Source of the DNA: Ophelia neglecta
Taxonomy: Eukaryota
Direction of reading: 5' to 3'
Length of the DNA: 64,000 nt
Assembly: GCA_965285935.1 (NCBI GenBank)
Contig: OZ260661.1
Location: 121,272,001-121,336,000, forward strand
Positions 11,621 to 24,100 of this stretch are shown piece after piece. The notes below the pieces were generated by a model. It did no database searches and was not told the origin of the DNA. It saw only the letters and a list, made by a program, of their open reading frames with translations. A program made the translations under genes and the position numbers. Within the stretch, counting starts at the first letter, position 1; each line of letters begins with the position of its first letter.

Positions 11621-13049
11621 ACTAATGACTAATGTCCAAATTGTAACTGCATATTATGAGCAGGGTGTTGATTGCCAGCAATTTCTCTTCAAATGCTCAG
11701 TGTTCTGGTACAACATTCCTACTTGTCCCTTCTGCCACTTCCACAGGTGCTTGCTTTGTGGCACTGCTCACCTTGTAACACAGCATCTTACATTTTCCTT
11801 CACTTCTTTCATCCCATCATGCACTCTTAAACCAGCATCATTATTTTCTGGATCTCCACACTCTCCTTGCTTGATACTCGACTCACTGGCTCTTAACTTA
11901 CCAGGGGCTCAGTACCGGGAGTTACTCATGGGAGCCCCAAACTTAACTAATAATTCATAACTCCCACTCAGCCACATTTAAGAGGCTGAGAGTTTTCTGC
12001 AGCCATATATTTCTACCAGAATTCACCACAAACCCGTCATACTAATCCTTCAGGGATTAATCTCATTTTCGGCCACACCAGCAATCACATCGCCAAATTG
12101 ACACATATTATGAGGTGCCCCGAAGCCAAGTGTTTGCTGTACAAGCAGGTAACTAGTCTGCCAATATGACTGAAAGCAACATGTCCTTTCACCAAAATTG
12201 AGCGTACTAACATCATGAACATGGGTATGGGCTCATGTGACTCTAAAGCGGTGTCACTCAAGAGACATAAAGCTATATCAAGTTAATAAGTACTCCCTTT
12301 ATGTAATGCTCTGCAGAAGTTGCAGTCATTATGCAGTCATAAATTCCCAGTCATTATGCTGCTGGCTCCATCCAAGTAAAGCTTGTGTCCATCTATCCAG
12401 TATGAGGCGTTATTACTTCCTGTCTGCAGGGTAAAACAGTGTGTTAAGCTCCCTTTTTCATCTGATGCCTGTGAGAAGACCATTGGCTTTTACATACAGC
12501 CCCTTAAAAGCTGCCCCTGGGACCTGTATAGTTTAACGGTTGTCTTATCTACATAATATATAGGCTAGTAGTTGCTAAGGTCCTACCCTGCCTTGGTGCT
12601 GATCTATCAGAGTTATGATTATTGCTTCCTTATTGCAGGTCTTATAAATTAGCTTGGCTAGTCCCCAATCAAAAATAGCCATAAGGAAAATTACCGTATG
12701 CTGGTAGGGAAATCCGACATAAAATAACATAAAATCCTCCTTCCTGTCTCCCTGCTTCAACAGGCAGGCTTATGTCCTGATTACAAAACGGAAGTAAAAA
12801 CCACACCTTAAACTTATTGCTGCCTGATTTGAATTATTGGAAAGCCTCCACTGAATTTGGTAATCACAATTACCAATTCACAGTGCTCTGCAATCTATGT
12901 TATAAGCATTAGCAGGAAATCCCTAGCAAGCAGTTTTTTTCATTTCCTACTCACACTGGCCTTGCGTTATAAACCCATATTGTAGGAAAACACAGGACAA
13001 GAAAATTGCATTTGAAGGGAAAATGCCAGCTTGCATCTGGTGTTATGCA

Positions 13050-13720
13050 CAGCAATTTTGGTTTTGCTCTTTAAAGATAGAACAATTCACAGCACAAGGG
13101 AAAACTTGGATCAATTTGGCACTTTAAATTCTAATGTTTGCCACATAAACCACTCTTCTTTAATATTTGTCTCATGTGGATGGGATGGTCAGTCTTGATC
13201 AACAAGTTGCAAGATACAGTTACATTTCATGTCAAAAAGTGACAAAGGTCTCAGCTCATGACAGAAAAGTGGCTGGCTGTGGTGCAGGAAAGGCCATTTT
13301 ACACTCTCATGCCCACCGGGAGAAGGTACACTGTCAGAAATCACTTAGTCTGGCTGCTCGCAATAATTGCAGCAATCACCTCTGTATTGTTTTGCTCAAT
13401 CTAGCAAAGCGTAAAGTAAGGAATAAATGATGGCCCTGGTAGATGTAGGTCATGGACACATATTAGCCAGGCGGTTTCAGTGACTATTGGGTAATGTCTG
13501 CATTGGGCAGCGGCTCCCACGTCTGGTGTTTTTCTTCAATCTTAGTACAAGTAATCCATGCCTGCAATGCCTTATATGGTCAAGCAGGGCTGGCAGGTAG
13601 TTTTGGTATCTGGATCTGATGTGGCCGTTTGCTGACAGTATTCCACTGGTCAGATGGAAGACGTTGATCAATGGGCCACTTGAGCTGCGGTCTAGTCTGA
13701 GGGACAGCCAGAGGTGTGTT
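13050..13720 (+). mobile_element. Decayed LINE APE-endonuclease fragment
   Basis: TIHSTRENLDQF, HDRKVAGCGAGKAIL (DR..RGGGVAI-like), LLGNVCI (ILGDFNI-like) and YLDLMW (TLDLIF-like) occur in the correct order. Confidence 0.45.
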
Positions 13721-15018
13721 GCCCTTCAGCAGCAGACAGGCACTGTGGATGGGCTGCTAGACAGGATGGGTACACTCCATTATGGAAACCATTAGTGCAG
13801 AATGGATTGCCAAATAGATAGAATTACCACCATCACATTGATGATAGGGTATACCTAAAAGGGATTCACCCGATGGGTAGCAGTAGGAAAGTACCAGAGC
13901 CTGAGATATAAGGGGGGAGGGGGGGGGGGGAGGGGCCTGGGGGTACTTACTCAAGACATGGCTGGATAGACGGATGGCATATATACCATCTCATCCTGTC
14001 TTCATCCTCTCATCTACAGGAAAAAGTGCCATGGCATCATTAGAGCATAGGCCTTGCTCAAATAAATATGACCTTAATGTTCATCCCAACACAATCAATT
14101 TAGTGAGGCGTAATGTCATTTGTGACCATGTAATATAATGCTAAAGACAGATTTATGTGTTGTTTGCTTGGGAACCAATTAACAAAGCATCATGTTTTTG
14201 ATTTATTCAGGGATTAAGCTATAAAGAAAGGACTAACGGTGCGTTCTATCATCAGTTAAATGATACACAGCACTCTCCAAACAATTTACAGCTAAGGCCA
14301 AAGCCAATATCATCTAAACAGCCTGTTGCCTACACAAATAACCCGGTCAAGGACAAAAATGACGACCTTTCTGCTTGAGGTCATATATTGTTAAAGCTTT
14401 CATCCCGAAGGTCCCATCAGCTGCAATGAGTTGTGAAATCCCAATAACCCCAAGACACACAAAGATATTACTAACTCTCAAAGACATTGGCTTCCAAAGC
14501 CCATGATAAACTCTCCCTTAATAAGGCAATTCCTAATCAGAAAAAAACGTGCTCATCATTCTTCCAATGTATCTCATTTTATATCATTGGAAAGAAGAAA
14601 GAAGAGCCATGAGGGCAAGCAACAACCAAAAAATAAGCAGAAATGAGGAAAAGAGTGTGGCTGATAAAAGTAATTACTGGCAGGTAATGGTGGGAGTCTG
14701 ATTGATTCTGTAGTTCAGTCTGTCATGTGAGAGGAGAGGTATGGGCAGACTGGCCCTGCTAAATGTCTGTCTTATTTAGAACTCAATACAGTGCTGGCAG
14801 TGGTTAATTGCCACGTCTCACCTAATTAAACAATTCATTCCTTACTTCTGCCGAGGAAAAAGGAAAGCACTGCCCATCAAGTGTGTATGATTTCACAGAT
14901 AAAACAATTGAGACTGCAGATACAGTGAAAATCTAGTTAATTATGCAGTAGATTTAACATTGATTATTCCACTAGGTGTAATGATTATTAAGCTGTGAGT
15001 AGTGAGATATTGTCTTAC

Positions 15019-15120
15019 CTGCATGGCTTGGGGTCTGGCCACAAGCAGGGTGATTTCTGACCTCTTGTCAGCAAACAGCTGGATGGCCTGCTCCCTACTG
15101 TGTACGTCAACCCCGTTAAT
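15019..15120 (-). CDS. PDZRN3: PDZRN3/4-like exon: C-terminal part of PDZ2 (102 nt)
   Basis: Acceptor tgttgtttcag|ATT AAC; donor ATG CAG|gtaaga. Encodes INGVDVHSREQAIQLFADKRSEITLLVARPQAMQ; lies within ORF 14941..15132. Confidence 0.95.
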
Positions 15121-18100
15121 CTGAAACAACAAACATCACCATGGTTAGAGGGTAAAAAAACCTCCATCAACTACATGCCCAAATACTCAGCTACTCACAT
15201 GTGGCCTTTCAAGGCAATGCTGCGCTATTTTATACTTTCTCACCCAAATTACGTTACTCTCATGAATATTCACATGTGGCTGTCTGCAAAGCTACTACAA
15301 TGTTAAAGCTGTGGGATGCCAGTGCAGTTTTTGTTGGCTGCGAGTGGCTGCGATGAATCGAGCTCTGTATATGATGTGGCTGCCTACAGGTGCTGGGACT
15401 GACTATATGCCATACATGGCTTCAGGGAACCCTGCTGTTTGCAGGCAAATAAGACACCATCAGAGAAGCCAGAGAATGAATAGCACACCTCAACCCTATG
15501 CACATTTACCCACATACATCAAGACACATACATCAGCATGGAGCCAGTGTGTTCTCTGTACTTACAAACATCACATCATCAGCCAGGGAGAGACAGCAAT
15601 GACACCCCAACCCTGATACAGGGCAACACTGGCAATTTACTTGTTTTTTGGTTAACAATGAAATGTCTTTCATTACAAATCAATTAAAGCTTTTTAAGAG
15701 AGAGGAAATGCCTATAATGCATGTTAACAGCCTTATATTATGTGCATGTATATGTTGTTGCTGATGTTATAGTTGAGGAGATCTGCTGCGGTGTGCCTTT
15801 GCAGTCTCTGGTGGGTGAGACTCAGATTGTTCCTGGTGAATGTCTAACAGCTTTGGGAACCCCTTGCTCCTGTCTGCTGGACATTGGTATGTACATCAAC
15901 CGCCTGGTGACCGGCCCGGTGACCGGCGGCAGACTGATTGGGCAGGGCGAGGCTACCTTTGGCACAAAGGGCCTGTGGTTTGGCATTGTGGTTTACCAAT
16001 GGAGGTATTGGTATTCCTCTATATAAGCCAGACATAGATTTCTTGGCCTTACTGCTACTGAGAAGACATGACAAGAGTGCCACAGGTCACAGCATAGAGG
16101 TACTACAACACAATGTATAGAGACATAAATCCTGAAATATCTAATTCTACGCACACACACAGACGGCCCAATAGAGACTGGGGGCTGGGATATGCTGGGC
16201 ATTCCTTATTGGAACCATCTTGCTTCTGAACAGACTTTTATTAAATTCTTTAAACTAATAAATACTTCAGTTAGGAAAAGGAACCATTGTATTATTACAA
16301 CACATCAGGTTTGTGATATCTAAACATTGTCAAGAGGAAAAATACATTTTGGTTTATTCATTTTTATTTGGAGGAAAAAGAGAAGTATGTTGTCTCATAC
16401 AATGTACTGGTTTTTCTGTATATGCCTCTTGGCTATAAATCCTCTCCAGTCCCGGTCTTCCTGCCATTGACCTTTCCATCCTATGCTCTGTTCGAGTAGA
16501 TTTGGTTATTTTTGTCCATTTCCTCTGTAGCCAGCCCTAGGGGAGCAGGACATTGAGCTTCTTCCAGTCAGTGACCAGGCCAATTCCAGCCTCAGGCTAT
16601 CACAATGCCTATATCATTCACCACTCAATACAGCCAATTGATTCCCACATTTGCCCTTGTCAGGCCACTGATTTGGTTTCGGTGGTCACACACATATCCC
16701 AAGCCTTAGTTGCCCTCTTCTTGCCTGGTCAGATAAGCGTAAGTCACTAATATTGGAGGCCAAGACTCGTTCAACATGCTTTGAAGTGGGGAGTATAGTA
16801 TAATTTTGCCGTTTGTGTTGACAGGTTATTGGCCTGAGTTGATCTATGGGTTTTTGCCATGTTTGGTGGGGGCCTCAGAGGATCTATGATGAAGTATTAA
16901 GAGTCCCAAGAGCGGCCTCCTGAGACCACACTCCAAGAGACTGAAATGCAGGGCAACAGGCTGAGCCATGCTGGCAACAAGTGTCTGCCTCAAATCTCCT
17001 GGTCATTAGGCTGGCCCCATCCCATACATTAATTTGATGATGACATAAAGCTGGGCCCTAGACCAGTTATTTCAGATATCTGACCCCACTTTTATACAGG
17101 AGGACATGAAGGCTGAGATATTACCTGTAAAATTTGGTCTCCTTCCCGGATTCTGCCATCTTGACCCGCTATGCTGTACGGCTCAACCTGGAAAAAAACG
17201 GAAGCATTAATATAAATAACTCACAAAGGAAATGGCTTCTATAGCCAAGATAAAAACTCATGGATTACAGAATAGCATGCAGTCCTTATATACAGAGACA
17301 TAAAGTCAGAACTACGATAATATTTCATATCAAAACTTGTATCATGCAGTCAGTAGATTCTGCAGTAATTAGAATACGTGTTATCTGGATAAACAAAACT
17401 GGAGAATTTCACCAAGTGTTTAATACATTTATTGCCCACATTGTTTAATCAAAGCCTCAAATAATTAAAGCATATATATAGCCCATCTGACAAATTAGAT
17501 TACACATGGAGAGGGGAGTTACATGTTAAAAGGTTTACCAGGAGAAGTAAATCTTATAAACAAAATAACCTCATTTTACACCTCCAATGGGAGCTGATAG
17601 TTTTCTGACTCTCTTTTATAAATCCCACCCGCTGGGTGGTTGTTTAGGACAGAAATCCAGTTACATTCAAGGATTTTGTCTTGATTTATCTGTGATTGGC
17701 AGTAGATTTATCTCCATATCACATGAGAGAATGTCACCTACACAGGGTTAAAGTGCCATTGGATCCCAAGTCAAAACACAACAAACCCAATGAACTGCCA
17801 GAATAACGGGTAGAAAGGCTGCTTTTCTCACATTTTGCAATCTCAAGTGTACAAACTGGTGACGAACATTGACCTTTCTGATCTCGCCTGTCCAATAAAC
17901 AACCACTTGTGTTTATTTCACAGGCAGCTACAGCCTTAAAGAGGACCTTGTTTACATTGGAAGCTACACATCTGTGCATTGTCTAGGCTTGAGTAGAACA
18001 CATGTATGAATCAAGATGAGCAGGCCTTGACCTTCACAGGTGTCCCTTCATAAAAGAGTATCCTTACTACAGGGACTTAAAGCCTACTCCTGGTATGTAT

Positions 18101-21100
18101 CATCCTGGTCATTTTCAGACTAATCCCTGTAATTTTGGAACTTGCTACTGGCAAACCACAAGGGTCACTGATGGTACACCACCACTGTCAGCTCCATTGA
18201 ATTAAACAGGCAAAGGTCACACATAAGGTAATTAGAGGTCAAGAGAAATGTCTTGGACTCACTCCGCATCCCCAAGGACTGGAAATGCTCCTACAAGCCT
18301 TAATCAGTCCGAGCAGTAAGTCAACCTACAACCACATTGCCATAAATGTCCATGCCAGTATCTATGCTATTGAGTTTACTATTTACTGAGTAAGATATGA
18401 AAGTAGGTCATGGACATTACCTGCTCAAACTAAATTTTTAAATGTATTTCTGTGCAAGTAAAAATTTTGGTTCTCTTTGAGCATCAATTTACCTTATGTT
18501 ACTATTTTTGACAGCATTGCCAGAAGAATATACAACCTCTGCTGAAGTGTTAATGTAGAGAAAGACATGCAGAACTACATGAGGTGTTAGAAATATATTA
18601 TGCCGGAAAATCTGAGTTCCGGAGAGAGTGATAAATGAAAGACTAACATGGCGCTGACAAGCTGTGTAGAGACTTATTGAACCCTAGATGTGTCCCGTGT
18701 TAACCACGTGGCACTGGACAGATTGCTCGTGCTTGGTTTGTTGTCAAATAACATCACCCAGTGGGTGTAGGAGATTAATATATATAGTAAATAACCAAGA
18801 GAGAAATTTATCAAACGGGCAGCAATTGAGTCTCGTGTAAAAACCATAGTTGATGGACATTACACAGAACAACTGTTGTCAGAGCACATATTACATAGTG
18901 ACTCCTTACAGGTAGGAGCATCAGCCATTAAGCAGTAGACAAATTCATTCACACAGCAGAAAACCTATTCAGTCTGAAAATGGTCTTTACCTAAAACAGC
19001 CCGACAACATCGCATAAGAGGGTAGACAGACACAAAATAACTTCACATTGGCAGACAATTCAATTTATGGCCTAATACTTTCCATTAGTAATTCTGATAT
19101 CAGATCGGTATGTCTTTTTAGGGTACAAAAGACATTCTGCAGAGCTCTTATCACAGATAAATTGCCTACAGCTATTGCAGTAGTTTACCAATTGCCACTT
19201 ATTGCCTCGGCAGAAATTGGCAATCAGACATAGATATATACAAGGTCCTGTGGACAGAAAAAACAACCTGAGAGATTTCTTCCAAAGAGTTACTCAAGCA
19301 GCATGTTGGAAGTAGATACCATAGGTGATTTATTATGTACATACGTAGTTTATACAAGCTCATATGTAATGCATAGGCCACATGATCTGCAATGATCTAC
19401 GTGGACATGATATATACCCACGGAATAGGAGTCTGCAGCTGGCATTGAGCACCTCTAATAGTATATCTATTATACATGGACCCAAAAGGCCAAGTTTGCC
19501 AGCAATCACTCACAAGGCACTTTCACAGCTCTCCTCTGAAGTCTGCTCTCCAAACACCAGCCACATCCCACGTGTGGGCTAGAAAATGGCCATTATGGCC
19601 TCACAGCACTCGGCCATTTATACGATGTGCTGATTTTACAAGTCACAGGCAATCTAATACCTCTATAGCAATATTATATTGGTTTCAAGTTTTTTCATGA
19701 CAAGTGTCACTCCTAACATTGAGCATGGAATGCTCCAACGGCCAGCCAATTATCTACAAGTAGGTCATGGTCGTTACACTCAACTCATAGTCCTTGGCAT
19801 GGCCTTTATCTATGTCAAACAGAGTTAATTCATCAGTGTTTGAAAAGATGTGTGACTTGATGTAATGATATGCAGAGAGTGATGAGATATAGATGAAACT
19901 GGAAATACAAAAAACAGAATTGGAATTTGAAAGTTTGAGTTGTTTATTATACAAGAACAAAGTAGATTTCTGTGATGTCCCCTCCGAGTTGACATGAGTT
20001 GTCAAACTGGTGAAACTACAGCTTCCAGCAGTCAGGCCAAGATTATCTAACACCAAACATATACAATAATATCCTTGTGCTCACAGAATCAATTGACTGA
20101 GATAAAGTCCTGATGATCTTACCAACAGGGAAGATGTCACTCCCACCAGATCTCAAAGCTGGCGGTAATGGAGGAGATGACAGATTAATCTCAACAGCCC
20201 AACCAAACCACTGAACAAGTTAACATGGATCCTATCTTCAAGGCTTTTAACTTTTTTATCACAATTAAGAAATTTCCCCATAGATAGATATAGTGCCTCC
20301 CGCGGTAGGTAAAGTGGACCATTCATAGTCATGATGCACTGGTAATGATCCTTAGGATTCTTCAGCGACATCTGACAATATTTCGACCAAAGAAAGAATG
20401 CCACAGAAATGAAGTTTGATCAATGCACCATTGGACAGAGTATCTTTTCAGATCATTTACATGACCAATAACATCAAATAAGAAGTGGTGTTTCTGTCCA
20501 ATGATGCCTCTAGAGGAATGAAGCCATTTTGTTTACTGACCAGTAAGTGTTCCAGGTTTATAGACCTGTCACAGTTTAGTACAACAGAGGTGGAGGGATT
20601 TGTACTTCTGGATTCTAGCATTAAAGCCACTTTCTAAGAGCAGGCCATACTGCTGGGAGGTGGATAGCTCAGAGTCATATTCCCAAATCCTATGGTGTCC
20701 CACAGTCTCCTCACTACACACCTGCCATTCCTGAAGACAATACCGGAGACATAGAGGCTCCTGAAGACAATCCCCTGCACACTGGGGCTCCTTGAGACAA
20801 TCCTGGTGACATGTGATGTAAACTGCCTTGGATGTTGAATGCTAACAGTTTAAGGTATCTCATTGGAACAAACAGGAATGAAGACATTATTGGAATGGAA
20901 GCATGAAGTATCATTTTGAGACATGATACACAAAATGATTGCCATTCTAATTTCTCTGTCCCTCATCCTGTCTTATTGGAATACATTGACCCCCCCCCCA
21001 TGTGTGTGTGTGTGTGCCTGGAAAGGCAACCTATTTTTGAGCCACACAGCATGCTTATTCTGCCACTCACTTATAAACTTCCTCCATTAGTCTGGTAATC

Positions 21101-24100
21101 ACCCATTTTGTAAACTTTAACAAAAACCAAAGCAGAATCTTGGTTTTTGTTTTCCAAAGGCTGCCTTGGGGAAATGAGAACATTTGCCTTTACAAGGCTG
21201 TTAGGATTACCCATCCTTAAGATGTGGCTCATAATGGACTTGTCAATTGCCCCTCACAGCCCCTCAACATCCCTCCAGCATACAACATGCTAGATTAGTG
21301 TCTTTTTTAGCTTCGTTTCTCAGAATTTATGCTTGGATAGAAGCGATTATTGCTGTTTTTTCATGGTTAATACTAGATATCCACAGAAGAAGTGGTTTTG
21401 GAGAACCTTGCCAAGTGATTACTGAAGAAACAAGGCAATGCAAGGTTTATAGATCTGGAAAAACAGCCAGAGAATAAGTTTGAGTCAAATCATAATATTC
21501 CTGAGCCGTTCTTGCTGAACTCTGCTGTACAAGACTGAGAAAACTCAAACATTGTGTTTTGGCTATGAACACAATTCCCAATTTACAGTTTCTCCCAGCA
21601 AGAGAAAAAGAGATGCGGATGTGGTTATTGTAAAATGAAGTGGCCATCATTGGTGATTTCAAACCAAATAACACATTTGGATTCAACAAAAGGGGTTATT
21701 ACACTTAAACCCTCAAGTTTTAAAATCATTGGGAATGCGATTTCAGTTTATTTAAATACAAGATTACTTGATCAAACTCTTTTCAATATAAGGCTGTACA
21801 GTTTACCATCCATCTCATTATACATATCTACTTTCTACATACTGTTTCCAGTATAAGACTGTCAAGTTTACCATCCATCTCATTATACATATCTACTTTT
21901 TCATACCGTTTCCAGTATAAGACTGTCAAGTTTACCATCCATCTCATTATACATATCTACTTTTTCATACCGTTTCCAGTATAAGACTGTCAAGTTTACC
22001 ATCCATCTCATTATACATATCTACTTTTTCATACCGTTTCCAGTATAAGACTGTCAAGTTTACCATCCATCTCATTATACATATCTACTTTTTCATACCG
22101 TTTCCAGTATAAGACTGTCAAGTTTACCATCCATCTCATTATACATATCTACTTTTTCATACCGTTTCCAGTATAAGACTGTCAAGTTTACCATCCATCT
22201 CATTATACATATCTACTTTTTCATACCGTTTCCAGTATAAGACTGTCAAGTTTACCATCCATCTCATTATACATATCTACTTTCTTCATACTGTTTCCAG
22301 TATATGGCTGTACTGTTTGCCACCTGACTATATACCAACTTGTTATTTTACATGATATTTAAGTTGTTCTTACCTCACTGATATATATGTCTGTGACATC
22401 GTCATCCGCTGAACCATAACATAAAGTCAAGCCCACTTTGTCTTCACTGGAGGATCTGATCAAGGAAACCTCCTGGAAAAAAAACAAGGTTTTGTTAAAT
22501 AATACATCAAAAAGAACTATTAAACTAAACATACTCAAACTTCAAACAGTGGCACACTGAATTTAGGTACTTCAGCTTTTTTACTTGGTGCTGAAACAAC
22601 ACACATCTATCTGTCAATTGCATTTCTTGTCTTTCATCATGCTGTCATATTGTTGAAAGGTTGCTGGGATACATTCCAAAGAATTCAATAAAATTTGAGC
22701 TCTTTTTTAATGTTTCCATTTTTTGAATTCCACAAAACATGGAAATAGTGGTGTTTATCAGTGTCTAAGGGTTAATCCTGGTTAACTGGTAGCTTGCCCA
22801 CTCCAAATGGATGCTTTACAACCAGGATTGAAATGAAAGGTTATTGGCTTTGATTTTAAGACAATTTTAGAGTTTTCTTTCAAGAAAATGATAATGTATA
22901 CCCCACCTGCACACATGTAAACCCTGAAGTAACCTATGTGGTGCAGAGAACATTCTCATCACATGTCATATCTCAAAGTGTGCCACTTCCTGTCTAAGAA
23001 ACCCTAATCCTCCTAGCAGGAACAGGTCCTCGGGGTAACTACCGAATATTGTTTTTATAGGGACAATGAAAACTAGATATGGGATCATCACGGACTGGTG
23101 GACAATAAATATACTTCAGCACAGCCTGACTTTATCCAAGACATTGTGCAGATTTGACAATGAAGTTAACTGCATGAAATATCTCAGTTGTGTCATTTTG
23201 TGCTCAGGATATTTCTTAATCAGTGCATGACATGTACTGGCAGAAAAAATGCAGTAAATTAATCACATCAGATCACAATTGTCAGAAATGGAATTACATG
23301 TGGCAGTTCCCCTCTCAGGTCGATGGAGAACAGGGCTGGCTGGGATCACCTAAGCTTTGGCATCATGGGAATTATTCCAGTTACAATGATATTTCCTTGA
23401 AGCAGAATATATTTCCACTAATGTGAATATAGTTTTACTATCTTTGAGGCCAATATGAGGCTATTGAACAGATGTTTATCTGTTAACAGTGTGCTGGCCA
23501 ACCAATAAAGATTTGATCCACTAGGTTTATTTTTCTGCTCTATATCAGGCCAGCTTGTGTTTTACAGAATTCTGTCCATCTACTTAGACCGACAGCTGCA
23601 ATGCATGACCAACAAGCAGGAAATAGGTCACAGCAATGGTTCACAGAAATAGGCAATAGAAAAGTAGGTCATATAATTTGCTCACATGAGCAATCAAAGA
23701 ATTATAGGTCACAGCAAGTAATCATTATTTGTAGGTAAGCAGAAGAAAATGCCTTCTCATGGCTTCAGGGGATTTTTGTCCCAAATTCCCTTAGAAGAAA
23801 AATGTGAATTGAGCTGTTCTCAAGGACTCAACACGAATAAATCACATGAAAAGCTCTCCTACTAAATTAAAGCTGCACCTGAGGGATTTGAAAGTTCAGC
23901 TCCCCTCATTTATCCCTGTTTAGCTACACCAGGTACCTTGTTTATTATTCATTGCAAGTAATTTTCAGATTTCATTAACATTTTGTATTAAATTCATACC
24001 ATCCTTCATCCATTGTTTTCTCCATTGCTGAATTTGACTTTCCCCCTGCGATGATCAGTTCAGGATTATGACCTTGCCAGAGGGCCAGAAAAAACGTGGC

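Noticed and set aside
1-13950. Expected downstream PDZRN3/4 exons (LDEG..DDLHMDML region and the large terminal exon)
   Set aside because: No matching peptide or long ORF on the minus strand; presumed to lie left of the window or too diverged to see.
18263-18290. 28-nt cassette-like segment with a gtgagt donor
   Set aside because: Weak acceptor, frame-shifting, and the flanking exons already join into an intact PDZ2.
21119-21151. 12-bp inverted repeat resembling a terminator
   Set aside because: Low-complexity A/T-rich arms in a eukaryotic intron; no supporting context.
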